Position numbers and translations under genes: made by a program
Notes under the pieces: model-generated
What the model saw: the letters and a program-made list of their open reading frames with translations, nothing else
Told to the model about the DNA's origin: nothing
The model's database searches: none
NCBI GenBank assembly: GCA_964658025.1
Contig: CAZZXB010000103.1
Span: 1-10,593 of the forward strand
Source of the DNA: an uncultured Janthinobacterium sp.
Lineage (GTDB): Bacteria > Vulcanimicrobiota > Vulcanimicrobiia > Vulcanimicrobiales > Vulcanimicrobiaceae
Length of the DNA: 10,593 bases
Direction of reading: 5' to 3'
Shown here: piece after piece, positions 1-8,861 of the stretch
How the letters are laid out: the number at the start of each line of letters is the position of its first letter
How positions within the stretch are numbered: the stretch's first letter is position 1

Positions 1-212
1 GCACCGACCGGGGTCGCGGTCGCCTTTGCCGTGGGCGTTGCGGTCGGAGCGCCGACGGGCGTCGGGGTCGGCGTCGCGCCGACCGCCGTCGGCGTACCGG
101 TCGGCACCGGCGTCCCGCCGACGACGGGGACGGACTCGTGTCCGCTACACGCGGCGAGCGCCGCGGCGGCTACGAGGACGGCACCGAAAACGCCACGCTG
201 GAGGAGACTCAT
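1..212 (-). CDS. Putative lipoprotein with Pro/Thr-rich linker (N-terminal part only; runs off the left edge)
   Basis: Not in the ORF track; translated by hand from ATG at 212: MSLLQRGVFGAVLVAAAALAAC-SGHESVPVVGGTPVPTGTPTAVGATPTPTPVGAPTATPTAKATATPVG. It has a hydrophobic signal, an LAAC lipobox and PT repeats. Confidence 0.8.
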   Translation of the reverse strand, partial: MSLLQRGVFGAVLVAAAALAACSGHESVPVVGGTPVPTGTPTAVGATPTPTPVGAPTATPTAKATATPVG

Positions 213-298
213 GCAGGATCTCTCACTTTAGAAAAGGTTGCTTTCCTGACGACTTCCTACGGAGATTTCTTTTGCCCTGTCGGCTTCGGGCGTCGAAA

Positions 299-826
299 TC
301 AGGGATTTTCGGTGCCCGCCTCGATCGGCGTCCGACGCGGTTTCGGGATCGTCGTCGCCGGCGTTTCGCTCGGCACGGGCGTCGGCGTCGGCGGAAAGGT
401 CGGCCGCGGTTCGTCCGTCGCGGGAGGCGGCGGTTGCGGCGTCGCCGAGGCGACGGGCGCCGGAAGCGGCCCGTCGATCGCGAGCGTCCGCGTCCGCGCG
501 AAGTACGTCGCGCGCGACCCGAGCAACCGCGCGACGCTCGCGAGCGGGATATCGATCTCCGCAGCGCGCACGTACGGCGCTGCGGGAAGCGTCGCGGACA
601 TCCGTCCGGCCTCGGCGTCCCGCGCACCGACACGAAACGCGACGCTATGGCCCGACCGTTCGACCACGATCCGACCTCCGGTTTCCCGCGTGACGCGCGT
701 CGCGACGGCACGCCCGAACGGGTCGAGCGCGGCGAAGACGATCCCGTCGCGCAGGATCGCGGACTGCGAGGCGGCGACGATCGTTCCGGCCACGACGACG
801 GTCACGGGGACGCCGGGCGACGTCAC
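299..826 (-). CDS. Copper amine oxidase N-terminal-like (stalk) domain protein with Pro/Thr-rich C-terminal tail
   Basis: This is the 3' part of ORF 299..1519. GTG at 826 has GGGAG 6 nt upstream. The segment PAAPYVRAAEIDIPLASVARLLGSRATY..RTLAI resembles the stalk-domain pattern (AP....G...VPL..V...LG..V.W). The start is uncertain and no signal peptide is evident. Confidence 0.6.
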   Translation of the reverse strand: MTSPGVPVTVVVAGTIVAASQSAILRDGIVFAALDPFGRAVATRVTRETGGRIVVERSGHSVAFRVGARDAEAGRMSATLPAAPYVRAAEIDIPLASVARLLGSRATYFARTRTLAIDGPLPAPVASATPQPPPPATDEPRPTFPPTPTPVPSETPATTIPKPRRTPIEAGTENP

Positions 827-1633
827 GTCGATCTCCCGACGATCGCGAAGATCGTCCGCGACGCCGGGCTCCACTTCTCGAGCGACGGCGGCGCGTTCTT
901 CGCCCAGGCGCTCGCGTTCAACGCGATCTTCGCGGTGTTTCCCCTCGCCATCCTGATCGTCGCCTCGTTCGGATTCATCTACGGAGATGCGAAGGGGCAG
1001 GCCTACGCGATGTCCCTCTTCCATTCGTTGGCGCCGAACCTTCAAGAGTCGATCGCCGAAAATCTCCACCAGGCGATCGCCTTCCGCGGCGTCTCCGGCG
1101 CGCTCGCGATCGTCGCGCTCGCCTGGTCGGGCAAGAACCTCTTTCAGGGCCTCGCGTACGCGCTCAACCGCGCGCTCGACGTCCCCGCGGGGCGCTCGCT
1201 CGCGGTCGACATCCTCGTCGCGCTCGTCATGCTCCCCGGCCTCGGGCTCGCCTTCGTGGTCGCGACCGCCGTGCCGATCGCGATCTCGTTCGTCGTACGC
1301 GCCGGCGGCTTTCGCGATGCGGTCGCGTGGACGCAGATCGCGGGATACGGAACGAGCGTCGTCCTCATCTTCGTGATCGCGATGGTGCTCTACGTGTATC
1401 TTCCCAACCGAAAGGTCGGTCTCGGCTTCGGCGTACCGGGCGCCCTCGCGTTCACCGCCGCTTGGGAGCTCTCGCAGATCGCCTTCGCCATCTACACGAC
1501 GCACGTGAATTACGCGCACGTCTACGGCGCGCTCGCCACGTTCGCGCTCCTGCTCGTTTGGTTTTACTACATGGCGACGATCTTTCTCTTCGGCGCAGAG
1601 ATTAGCGCGCAGTGGGCGAAGCGGTTGGGGTGA
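827..1633 (+). CDS. YihY/virulence factor BrkB family inner-membrane protein (start codon uncertain)
   Basis: This is the C-terminal ~270 aa of ORF 26..1633, with multiple TM segments and family-like motifs (ALAFNAIFAVFP, ALNRA, LYVYLPN, YAHVYGALATFALLLVWFYYMATIFLFGAEI). The only upstream in-frame candidates nearby are ATG 647 and CTG 764, both overlapping the divergent gene. Confidence 0.85.
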   Translation, partial: VDLPTIAKIVRDAGLHFSSDGGAFFAQALAFNAIFAVFPLAILIVASFGFIYGDAKGQAYAMSLFHSLAPNLQESIAENLHQAIAFRGVSGALAIVALAWSGKNLFQGLAYALNRALDVPAGRSLAVDILVALVMLPGLGLAFVVATAVPIAISFVVRAGGFRDAVAWTQIAGYGTSVVLIFVIAMVLYVYLPNRKVGLGFGVPGALAFTAAWELSQIAFAIYTTHVNYAHVYGALATFALLLVWFYYMATIFLFGAEISAQWAKRLG

Positions 1634-2226
1634 CGTCGACCCTGCGAACGCTCCTCCTCGCGACCGTTGCCGCGATCCCGCTCCTCGGTGCCGTCAACGA
1701 CGCGCCGCAGGCGCCGACCGTGGTCGTCTATCCGCTGACGACGACCGGCAGCGTTCCCAAGCAGATCGGCGAGAATCTCGCGACCGCGATCGGGTCCGAT
1801 CTCGCCTCGCTCGGGGGCGTCGTCGTGAAACCGTACGTCCCCGGAACGCAACGCTCGGGTTTTCTCACGGCGGCGCAGGGGCAGGGCGCCGATTACTACA
1901 TCACGGGCTACGTCACGCCGCTCGGAAGCGAGATGTCGCTCGTCGAGCAAGTCGTTTCGACGCGCTCGGGGAGTATCGTGTTCAGCACGACCGCGTTCGC
2001 GCGAACCTACGCCGACGCCGTCGGACCCGTCCCGACGCTTCGCGACGCGATCGTCCATCACGCCGGTCGCGGGTTCGCCGAACTCGACGCCCCGCCGCCG
2101 TCGCCGACGCCCGAGCCGATCGGCAGTAACGGCGGCTTCAACCTCACGAAGGCGCTCAAGCATCATCGTAAGGGCGCCGCGACGCCGGCACCGTCGCCCT
2201 CGATCTCACCCTCGCCCGCGCACTGA
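1630..2226 (+). CDS. Secreted/periplasmic hypothetical protein, possibly TolB-N/CsgG/FlgO-like alpha/beta fold, with Pro-rich tail
   Basis: GTG at 1630 overlaps the yihY stop (GTGA). It has an N-terminal signal-like segment (RTLLLATVAAIPLLGA) and the pattern VVVYPL...GADYYITG.V......SL..QVV....G.IVFS. The fold assignment is inference. Confidence 0.7.
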   Translation: MTSTLRTLLLATVAAIPLLGAVNDAPQAPTVVVYPLTTTGSVPKQIGENLATAIGSDLASLGGVVVKPYVPGTQRSGFLTAAQGQGADYYITGYVTPLGSEMSLVEQVVSTRSGSIVFSTTAFARTYADAVGPVPTLRDAIVHHAGRGFAELDAPPPSPTPEPIGSNGGFNLTKALKHHRKGAATPAPSPSISPSPAH

Positions 2227-2236
2227 GGAAGCGGCG

Positions 2237-2267
2237 CCCCCGGACGAGCGGTGCGCTCCGCCGGGGG
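2237..2267. terminator. GC-rich hairpin between convergent genes (possible bidirectional terminator or stabiliser)
   Basis: CCCCCGG-AC-GAGCG-(GTG)-CGCTC-CG-CCGGGGG lies between the stops at 2226 (+) and 2278 (-). There is no U-tract on either strand. Confidence 0.4.
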
Positions 2268-2277
2268 ACGACGCGCG

Positions 2278-2808
2278 TTACGCGTCGTCGTTCGCGCCGG
2301 GCCGCCCGTCGTCGAGCAGGCCCGGCGGGAGCGCCATGACGATCCGCTTCGCGTCGACGTCGATCCGTCGGACGAACGCGCGCACGAGGGGCACGAGCGC
2401 GCGCCCCGGATCCACGACGAGATAATCCCCGCCGGGGAGATGGGTCACCGCGACGACCCGCGCGAGCGCGTTCCCGGCTTCGTCGTAGACGGTCGATCCG
2501 ACGAGATCGGCGTCGCGGTATTCGCCCGCGGCGAGCGCGCTTTCGATCCGCGGCGCGAAGAGCCGCGCGCCGACGTACGCGCGCGCGGCCTCGGGCGATG
2601 CGATCCCCTCGAAGGCGAGCAGCAGGCGCTCGTGATGCCTGCGCGCACCCGTGCAGCGCAGTTCTCCCGCGCCCGCGGTCGTCTCGTAGCGAAGGCGGCG
2701 ACCCGTCGCGAGGGCGTCGGCGCCACCTCCCAGGACGAGGCACTTGAGCTCCCCGCGGATGCCGAATACGCCCGTCAGTCGTCCGACGAGGACGTCCTCG
2801 GACGGCGT
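2278..2808 (-). CDS. rimM: 16S rRNA processing / ribosome maturation factor RimM (non-canonical start)
   Basis: Hand translation: (T)PSEDVLVGRLTGVFGIRGELKC...HHERLLLAFEGIASPEAARAYVGARLF...GEYRDADLVGSTVYDEAGNALARV...DYLVV...LVPLVRAFVRRIDVDAKRIVMALPPGLLD..., stop TAA at 2278-2280. These are RimM N-domain and PRC-barrel motifs, and the gene sits in the canonical position after rpsP-khpA. Confidence 0.92.
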   Translation of the reverse strand, partial: TPSEDVLVGRLTGVFGIRGELKCLVLGGGADALATGRRLRYETTAGAGELRCTGARRHHERLLLAFEGIASPEAARAYVGARLFAPRIESALAAGEYRDADLVGSTVYDEAGNALARVVAVTHLPGGDYLVVDPGRALVPLVRAFVRRIDVDAKRIVMALPPGLLDDGRPGANDDA

Positions 2809-3395
2809 TACGCGTGCTCCGGCGCGTCCGCGCTCGGCACGGCGGCCTGCGGCGCGTCCGTCGCGTCTCCGGGCTCGTCGTCGAGGTCGTCCGGATCGTC
2901 GGAATCCACGATGTCGATCGTCACGCGCCCTTCGGCACCGGCGCGCACGATCGTGCGGAGCGCCTGCGCGACGCGACCGCCCCGACCGATCACCTTGCCG
3001 AGATCGTCGGGATCGACTTCGAGCTCGAGCACCGCGCCGCGCGGATCGGGATGGAGCGCGACGACGACGGCGTCGGGCTTGCTCACGAGCTTTTTGGCCA
3101 GGAACGTCAGCAGTTCGACGGCGCGCGGATGCGCGATGTCGGCCGGGAGCGGGTCGCGCTTGACGGGCGTCCGGCGTCGCGGATAGCGGCTCCCGCCCCC
3201 GGCGGCGTCGGCCTCGGTGCGCGGCTCGGGCGCACCCGGGCGCATGCGGCGGCGCGGACGATCGTCTTCGGGTTCGATTTCGTCGATGATGGTTTCGCCC
3301 GTCGCGATCGTGCGCGCGCCGAGCGTCGAGCGGCGTTCCTCTTCTTCGCCCCCCTCGTCGCCGAACAGGCCGAATTCGTCGTCGAACGCGCTCAC
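2808..3395 (-). CDS. khpA: KH-domain RNA-binding protein KhpA (YlqC/UPF0109) with long N- and C-terminal extensions
   Basis: The core ELLTFLAKKLVSKPDAV...LELEVDPDDLGKVIGRGGRVAQALRTIV carries the GxxG KH loop. The gene lies between rpsP and rimM. Confidence 0.9.
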   Translation of the reverse strand: MSAFDDEFGLFGDEGGEEEERRSTLGARTIATGETIIDEIEPEDDRPRRRMRPGAPEPRTEADAAGGGSRYPRRRTPVKRDPLPADIAHPRAVELLTFLAKKLVSKPDAVVVALHPDPRGAVLELEVDPDDLGKVIGRGGRVAQALRTIVRAGAEGRVTIDIVDSDDPDDLDDEPGDATDAPQAAVPSADAPEHA

Positions 3396-3396
3396 G

Positions 3397-3690
3397 TTAT
3401 TCGCTCGGTGCGGACTTCGGCTTGCGCTTCGTCTCCGGGACGAAACCGCGTTCCACGAGCCCTTTCGCCGCGAGCAAGCGTCGGACGGGATCGGACGGTT
3501 GCGCGCCCTTGGCGAGCCACGCCTTCACCTTCTCTTCGTCGACGACGACCGTCTTCGGCTCGGAGCGGGGATTGTAGTGGCCGACGATTTCGATGAAACG
3601 CCCGTCGCGTGGCGAGCGAGCGTCGGTGACGACGAAACGGTACGTGGGTTGCTTTTTCGCGCCCATCCGGCGCAGGCGGATCTTGACCAT
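3397..3690 (-). CDS. rpsP: 30S ribosomal protein S16
   Basis: [41 protein letters not shown]...[16 protein letters not shown]. Confidence 0.99.
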   Translation of the reverse strand: MVKIRLRRMGAKKQPTYRFVVTDARSPRDGRFIEIVGHYNPRSEPKTVVVDEEKVKAWLAKGAQPSDPVRRLLAAKGLVERGFVPETKRKPKSAPSE

Positions 3691-3770
3691 GGCTGCAGAC
3701 TGCTCTTTTCGTTGTTCGCGTGGGGTGCCGGCGCGACGCGCGCGTCGGAAAGGTGATGGTGTCGGTCCGC

Positions 3771-5093
<1,323 letters not shown>

Positions 5094-5094
5094 A

Positions 5095-5349
5095 TCACGC
5101 CTTCGGGGCGGTCTCGTCGATCTTCTTCACCGCATCGCCGACCGTCTTGATCTTTTCCGCTTCTTCGTCGGGGATGTCGATGTTGAATTCGGTTTCGAAC
5201 GCCATCACGAGCTCGACCTGATCGAGCGAATCCGCGCCGAGGTCGTCCGTGATGGAAGCCTCGAGCGTGACCTCGGCTTCGTCGACGCCGAGTTGCTCGA
5301 CGATGATTTTCTTGACCTTGTCGAAGGTCGTGCCTGTCGTTTCCGCCAT
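5095..5349 (-). CDS. acpP: Acyl carrier protein
   Basis: [11 protein letters not shown]...[39 protein letters not shown] with the phosphopantetheine Ser in DSL. AGGAG RBS upstream. Confidence 0.99.
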   Translation of the reverse strand: MAETTGTTFDKVKKIIVEQLGVDEAEVTLEASITDDLGADSLDQVELVMAFETEFNIDIPDEEAEKIKTVGDAVKKIDETAPKA

Positions 5350-5376
5350 GGATCTCCTACGCGCGGTCGCGCGCCA

Positions 5377-6129
5377 TTACGTGTGAAAACCGCCGTCGAC
5401 GACGATCGTTTGACCGGTGACGTATCGTGCGGCGTCGGAACATAAAAAAGTAACGACACCGGCGACGTCTTCGGGAATTCCCGCCCGACCGAGCGGAATG
5501 GAGGACAGATAATGCGCACGCGCTTGTTCCGGCATCGTTTCCGTCATCGCGGTTTCGATGATGCCGGGCGCGACGGCGTTCACTCTTACGTTCCGCGAGC
5601 CCAATTCCTTCGCTAACGAGGTAGCGAGCCCGAGCAGGCCCGCCTTCGATGCGGCGTACGCGCTCTGCCCCGCATTCCCCGCCACGCCGACGATGCTCGA
5701 GACGAGCACGATCGTGCCCGACCGCTGCTTCATCATCGGACGCACGACGGCTTGCGTGAGATAGAACGCCGACTTGAGGTTCACGTCGAGGAGCCGATCG
5801 AGATCGGCGAACTTGAGACGCGCGAGGAGCCCGTCGATCGACTGGCCCGCATTCGCCACGACGTGATCGAGGCGTCCGAACGCGCCGACGGCGCTCGCGA
5901 CCGCGTCGGCGACGGCGTTCGGATCGGCGACGTCGGCGACGAGTTCGAGCGTCCGCGTCTCGGCCCGCGCCGCCCGCGCCGCCGAAGCCGCCTCCGCGAG
6001 CGCGGCCGGATCGCGCCCGACGAGCGCGACGTCGGCGCCGTGGGCCGCGAGATCGATCGCGATCGCGCGGCCGATCCCGCGGCTCGCACCCGTCACGAGC
6101 GCGCACGTCCCCGCGATCCCGGCGCTCAC
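5377..6129 (-). CDS. fabG: 3-oxoacyl-ACP reductase FabG
   Basis: SDR motifs TGASRGIG, NAG, GNAGQSAYAASK, VNAVAPG and YVTGQTIVVDGG. It lies between fabD and acpP, with its GTG overlapping the fabD stop. Confidence 0.95.
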   Translation of the reverse strand: MSAGIAGTCALVTGASRGIGRAIAIDLAAHGADVALVGRDPAALAEAASAARAARAETRTLELVADVADPNAVADAVASAVGAFGRLDHVVANAGQSIDGLLARLKFADLDRLLDVNLKSAFYLTQAVVRPMMKQRSGTIVLVSSIVGVAGNAGQSAYAASKAGLLGLATSLAKELGSRNVRVNAVAPGIIETAMTETMPEQARAHYLSSIPLGRAGIPEDVAGVVTFLCSDAARYVTGQTIVVDGGFHT

Positions 6130-7067
6130 GCGGAAGCCCGAGCGGGGAGGCGCGCCAGTAATTTCTCGATCCCGTCTTCGTCGCCGACGTGGAGCGAGGG
6201 CGGAGCGTCCGGGAGACGCCGCCAGAGCGGCGCGAGGACGGGCGTCGCGCCGAACTCGACGACGAGATCGGGGCGTTCTCGCGCGACGCGGAGCGCGGTC
6301 GTATGCCAGCGCACTTCGTCCGTCACGGAGCGCTCGATGTTCTGCCGGATCGTCGCGACGTCGCGGTGCGGCTCGCCGTCGACGTTCGAGACGACGACGA
6401 TCCGCGGTTCGCGGAGCGCGACGCGTTCGACGAACGGCGCGAAGCGTCGCCGCGCGCCCGTCATGAGCTCGCTATGCCAGGCGCCCGAGACGTTGAGCGG
6501 GACGACCTTTTTCGCCCCGGCCGCGCGCGCGTTCTCGCCCGCCCGCTCGACGGCCGCGAGGTCGCCGCTCACGACGATCTGACCCGGCGCGTTGAAATTC
6601 GCGAGGCGCACCCGGCCGACCGCGCCGGCCTCGTCGACGGCGACGCGCACGAGCGCTTCGTCGAGACCGAGGATCGCGACCATCCCGCCCGGCGCGAGAT
6701 TCGCCGCCTCGTGCATCGCGAGACCGCGTTCGTGCGCGAGCGCGAGCGCGTCCTCGAAGGCGAGCGATCCCGCGAGCGTGAGGCTGCAGAGTTCGCTGAA
6801 CGAATGCCCGGCGGTGACGACCACCTCCATCGCGGGGCCGACGCTCGCCGCGAGCGCGTAGTTCACGACGTAGATCGCGGGCTGCGAATACCGCGTCTCG
6901 CGCAGGGTCTCGTCCGGCCCCTCGCGGACGAGCGCGAGGAGATCGTAGCCGAGCACGCGCTCGGCCCGCGCGAAGAGATCGGCGGCGACGGGAAAGCGGT
7001 CGGCGATCGCGCCGCCCATGCCGACGCGCTGCGATCCCTGGCCCGGAAAGAGTGCCGCGACGCGCAC
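6126..7067 (-). CDS. fabD: Malonyl-CoA:ACP transacylase FabD
   Basis: GTG at 7067 gives MRVAALFPGQGSQRVGMG, followed by QPAI, GHS (catalytic Ser), ANFNAPGQIVVSG and LNVSGAWHS. Confidence 0.95.
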   Translation of the reverse strand: MRVAALFPGQGSQRVGMGGAIADRFPVAADLFARAERVLGYDLLALVREGPDETLRETRYSQPAIYVVNYALAASVGPAMEVVVTAGHSFSELCSLTLAGSLAFEDALALAHERGLAMHEAANLAPGGMVAILGLDEALVRVAVDEAGAVGRVRLANFNAPGQIVVSGDLAAVERAGENARAAGAKKVVPLNVSGAWHSELMTGARRRFAPFVERVALREPRIVVVSNVDGEPHRDVATIRQNIERSVTDEVRWHTTALRVARERPDLVVEFGATPVLAPLWRRLPDAPPSLHVGDEDGIEKLLARLPARASA

Positions 7068-7069
7068 GG

Positions 7070-8071
7070 TCAGGCCGCCCAGCGCCAGGCGATCGAACCC
7101 CACGAGAGCCCGCCGCCGAATCCCGTGAAGAGCACGAGATCGCCGTCCTTGATCCCGCCGCGTTCCGTCGTCTCGGAGAGGGCGATCGGGATCGACGCGG
7201 CCGAGGTGTTGCCGAAGCGGTCGATGTTCACGACGACTTTCTCGCGCGGGATCTGGAGTCGTTTCATCGCGGCATCGATGATGCGCGCGTTCGCTTGGTG
7301 CGGCACGACGAGCTGGATATCGTCCGTCGTCAGCCCGGCGCGTTCGAGCACGATCCGCGACGTCTCGACCATCTTGTTGACCGCGTACCGATAGATCTCG
7401 CGACCGTTCATCTCGATCTTGTCTTTCCCGGCCTCGAGCCGCTCGCGATCGAGCGGGAACCGCGACCCGCCGCCCGCGATGTAGAGCAGTTCGGGATTGC
7501 GTCCGTCGGCGCCGAGTTCGCAGGTGAGGAACGAATCGCGCGCGAGCTCGGTGCGCTCGACGATCGTCGCGCCCGCCCCGTCGCCGAAAAGGACGGCCGT
7601 GCCGCGATCGGCCATGTTCGTGACGCGCGAGAGCGTCTCGACGCCGATGAGCATCACGCGTCGGAACACGCCCGATCGGATCAGGCTCGCCGCCATCGGC
7701 AGCCCGTAGATGAAGCCGCTACACGCGATCTCGATGTCGAAAGCGGGTTTGCCGACGGCGCCGAGATTCGCCGCGACGATGCAGGCCGTCGCCGGAAACT
7801 GAAAATCCGGCGTGACGGTCGCGACGATGAAGCAATCGATATCCGTCGCACGCAGGTTCGCCCGTTCGAGCGCGTGCCGCGCGGCGTGCGTGCTCAGATC
7901 GCTCGACGCCTCGCCTTCGGCCGCGTAACGACGCTCGCGCATCCCGGTGCGCGTGACGATCCATTCGTCGGACGTGTCGAGGATGCGCTCGAAATCGGCG
8001 TTGCTCATCACGCGCTCCGGAACGTAGTGCCCGACGGCGCCGATGCGAGCGCCGTACGGCCCGACGTCCAC
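7070..8071 (-). CDS. fabH: Beta-ketoacyl-ACP synthase III FabH
   Basis: The probable start is GTG at 8071, just after the rpmF stop. It has DTSDEWIVTRTG and the catalytic C-H-N triad in ACSGF, PHQAN and GNTSAAS, and ends GFGGGLSWG. Confidence 0.96.
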   Translation of the reverse strand: MDVGPYGARIGAVGHYVPERVMSNADFERILDTSDEWIVTRTGMRERRYAAEGEASSDLSTHAARHALERANLRATDIDCFIVATVTPDFQFPATACIVAANLGAVGKPAFDIEIACSGFIYGLPMAASLIRSGVFRRVMLIGVETLSRVTNMADRGTAVLFGDGAGATIVERTELARDSFLTCELGADGRNPELLYIAGGGSRFPLDRERLEAGKDKIEMNGREIYRYAVNKMVETSRIVLERAGLTTDDIQLVVPHQANARIIDAAMKRLQIPREKVVVNIDRFGNTSAASIPIALSETTERGGIKDGDLVLFTGFGGGLSWGSIAWRWAA

Positions 8072-8078
8072 GCTCGGG

Positions 8079-8285
8079 TTACGGATGCGTGTGGCCGGCG
8101 TGTTCGTCCTTGACGGCGATGACTTGGCGCCCGTCGTAGAATCCGCACTTCGCGCAGACGAAATGGGGCCGCTTCGGCTCCTTGCACTGCGAACACTCGA
8201 CGACGGTGACGTCCGAGAGCTTCCAATTGGCGGCTCGGCGGCTACGCGTTTTCGAGCGCGGGGTCTTCCACTTTGGGTTTGCCAT
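8079..8285 (-). CDS. rpmF: 50S ribosomal protein L32 (four-Cys, zinc-ribbon type)
   Basis: MANPKWKTPRSKTRSRRA...CSQC...PHFVCAKCGFYDGR. It lies downstream of yceD. Confidence 0.97.
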   Translation of the reverse strand: MANPKWKTPRSKTRSRRAANWKLSDVTVVECSQCKEPKRPHFVCAKCGFYDGRQVIAVKDEHAGHTHP

Positions 8286-8291
8286 GATTCC

Positions 8292-8747
8292 TTACTCCGG
8301 TTGGACGTGGCCGCAGCCGCCGTCTCGTTTTCGACCACAGGTCGGGCAGAGGCCGGGACAATCGTCGCCGCACAGGAGCACCATCGGGAGCGCGGAGTCG
8401 ATCGATTGCCGGACGAGGTCGTGCACGTCGAGTTCGTCGCCCACCAGGACGTTGCTCTCGCCGAGCGGGTCTTCCGCCCCGCCGTTCGCGTCGAACCGTT
8501 CGTCGAGCTCGAAGTCGAAGGGATGGCGGATGGGATCGAGGCAACGGGCGCATTCCCCGCTCGCCGTACCGGCGATCCGCCCCGCGATCTCCAGACCGCC
8601 GCCGACGCGACGGATCAGGAGAGCGACGGAGACGGGCTCCGGGAATCGATACGACGAGAAATCCGGAAGTTCGAAGGCTTCGCGAATCTCGAGTTCGCGA
8701 CCCGTGTGAAGGACGCCGCCGACGTCGACGGTCGTGCGAGTCTTCAT
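8292..8747 (-). CDS. yceD: DUF177/YceD family protein (23S rRNA accumulation)
   Basis: ECARCL...LPMVLLCGDDCPGLCPTCG, in the canonical position upstream of rpmF. ATG 8747 is preferred over TTG 8783, which sits at about the predicted transcription start. Confidence 0.9.
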   Translation of the reverse strand: MKTRTTVDVGGVLHTGRELEIREAFELPDFSSYRFPEPVSVALLIRRVGGGLEIAGRIAGTASGECARCLDPIRHPFDFELDERFDANGGAEDPLGESNVLVGDELDVHDLVRQSIDSALPMVLLCGDDCPGLCPTCGRKRDGGCGHVQPE

Positions 8748-8790
8748 GAGCGGCTGCCGTTCCGTTCCAGACCTCGAGGACAACCGTTCG

Positions 8791-8820
8791 ATGATATGAC
8801 GCCCGAGGTCTCCTTGTCAA
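8791..8820 (-). promoter_or_regulatory. Sigma70-type promoter for the yceD-rpmF-fab operon
   Basis: On the minus strand: TTGACA (8820-8815), an 18-nt spacer, then TATCAT (8796-8791). This is a perfect -35 and a 5/6 -10 match in a high-GC background. Confidence 0.75.
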
Positions 8821-8861
8821 ACCGGCCTTCGTCGCGATGCTCTCGCTCGAAGGAGGCGACG

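Noticed and set aside
1..130. Repetitive GGCGTCG/GGCGTCGG tracts as a CRISPR array or DNA repeat
   Set aside because: They are irregular and explained by Pro-Thr codon repeats in a protein linker, with no repeat-spacer periodicity.
213..298. Possible c-di-GMP-I riboswitch upstream of the lipoprotein (ACAGGGCAAA on the minus strand)
   Set aside because: Only the first few nucleotides resemble the motif. The GAAA-capped P2 stem and the GACGCAAAG segment are absent.
26..826. Arg-rich N-terminal half of the 535-aa ORF 26..1633, and ORFs 138..956 and 223..711
   Set aside because: These are shadow translations of high-GC DNA overlapping the better-supported minus-strand lipoprotein and stalk-domain genes.
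3089..3097. C-AAA-AAG in khpA as a -1 frameshift site into the rimM frame
   Set aside because: It is not a full A-AAA-AAG heptamer, and shifting here would destroy the KH domain and add ~95 non-conserved residues to RimM.
8815..8840. Possible sigma28 promoter for the transglycosylase operon (TCAAA...GCGAT)
   Set aside because: The spacing is 3-4 nt too short for TAAA-N15-GCCGATAA, and the TCAA is explained by the opposite-strand TTGACA.
8043..8861. N-terminal extension of the transglycosylase ORF (527 aa from 8043)
   Set aside because: It is antisense to rpmF/yceD, and a strong AAGGAGG RBS supports ATG 8862.
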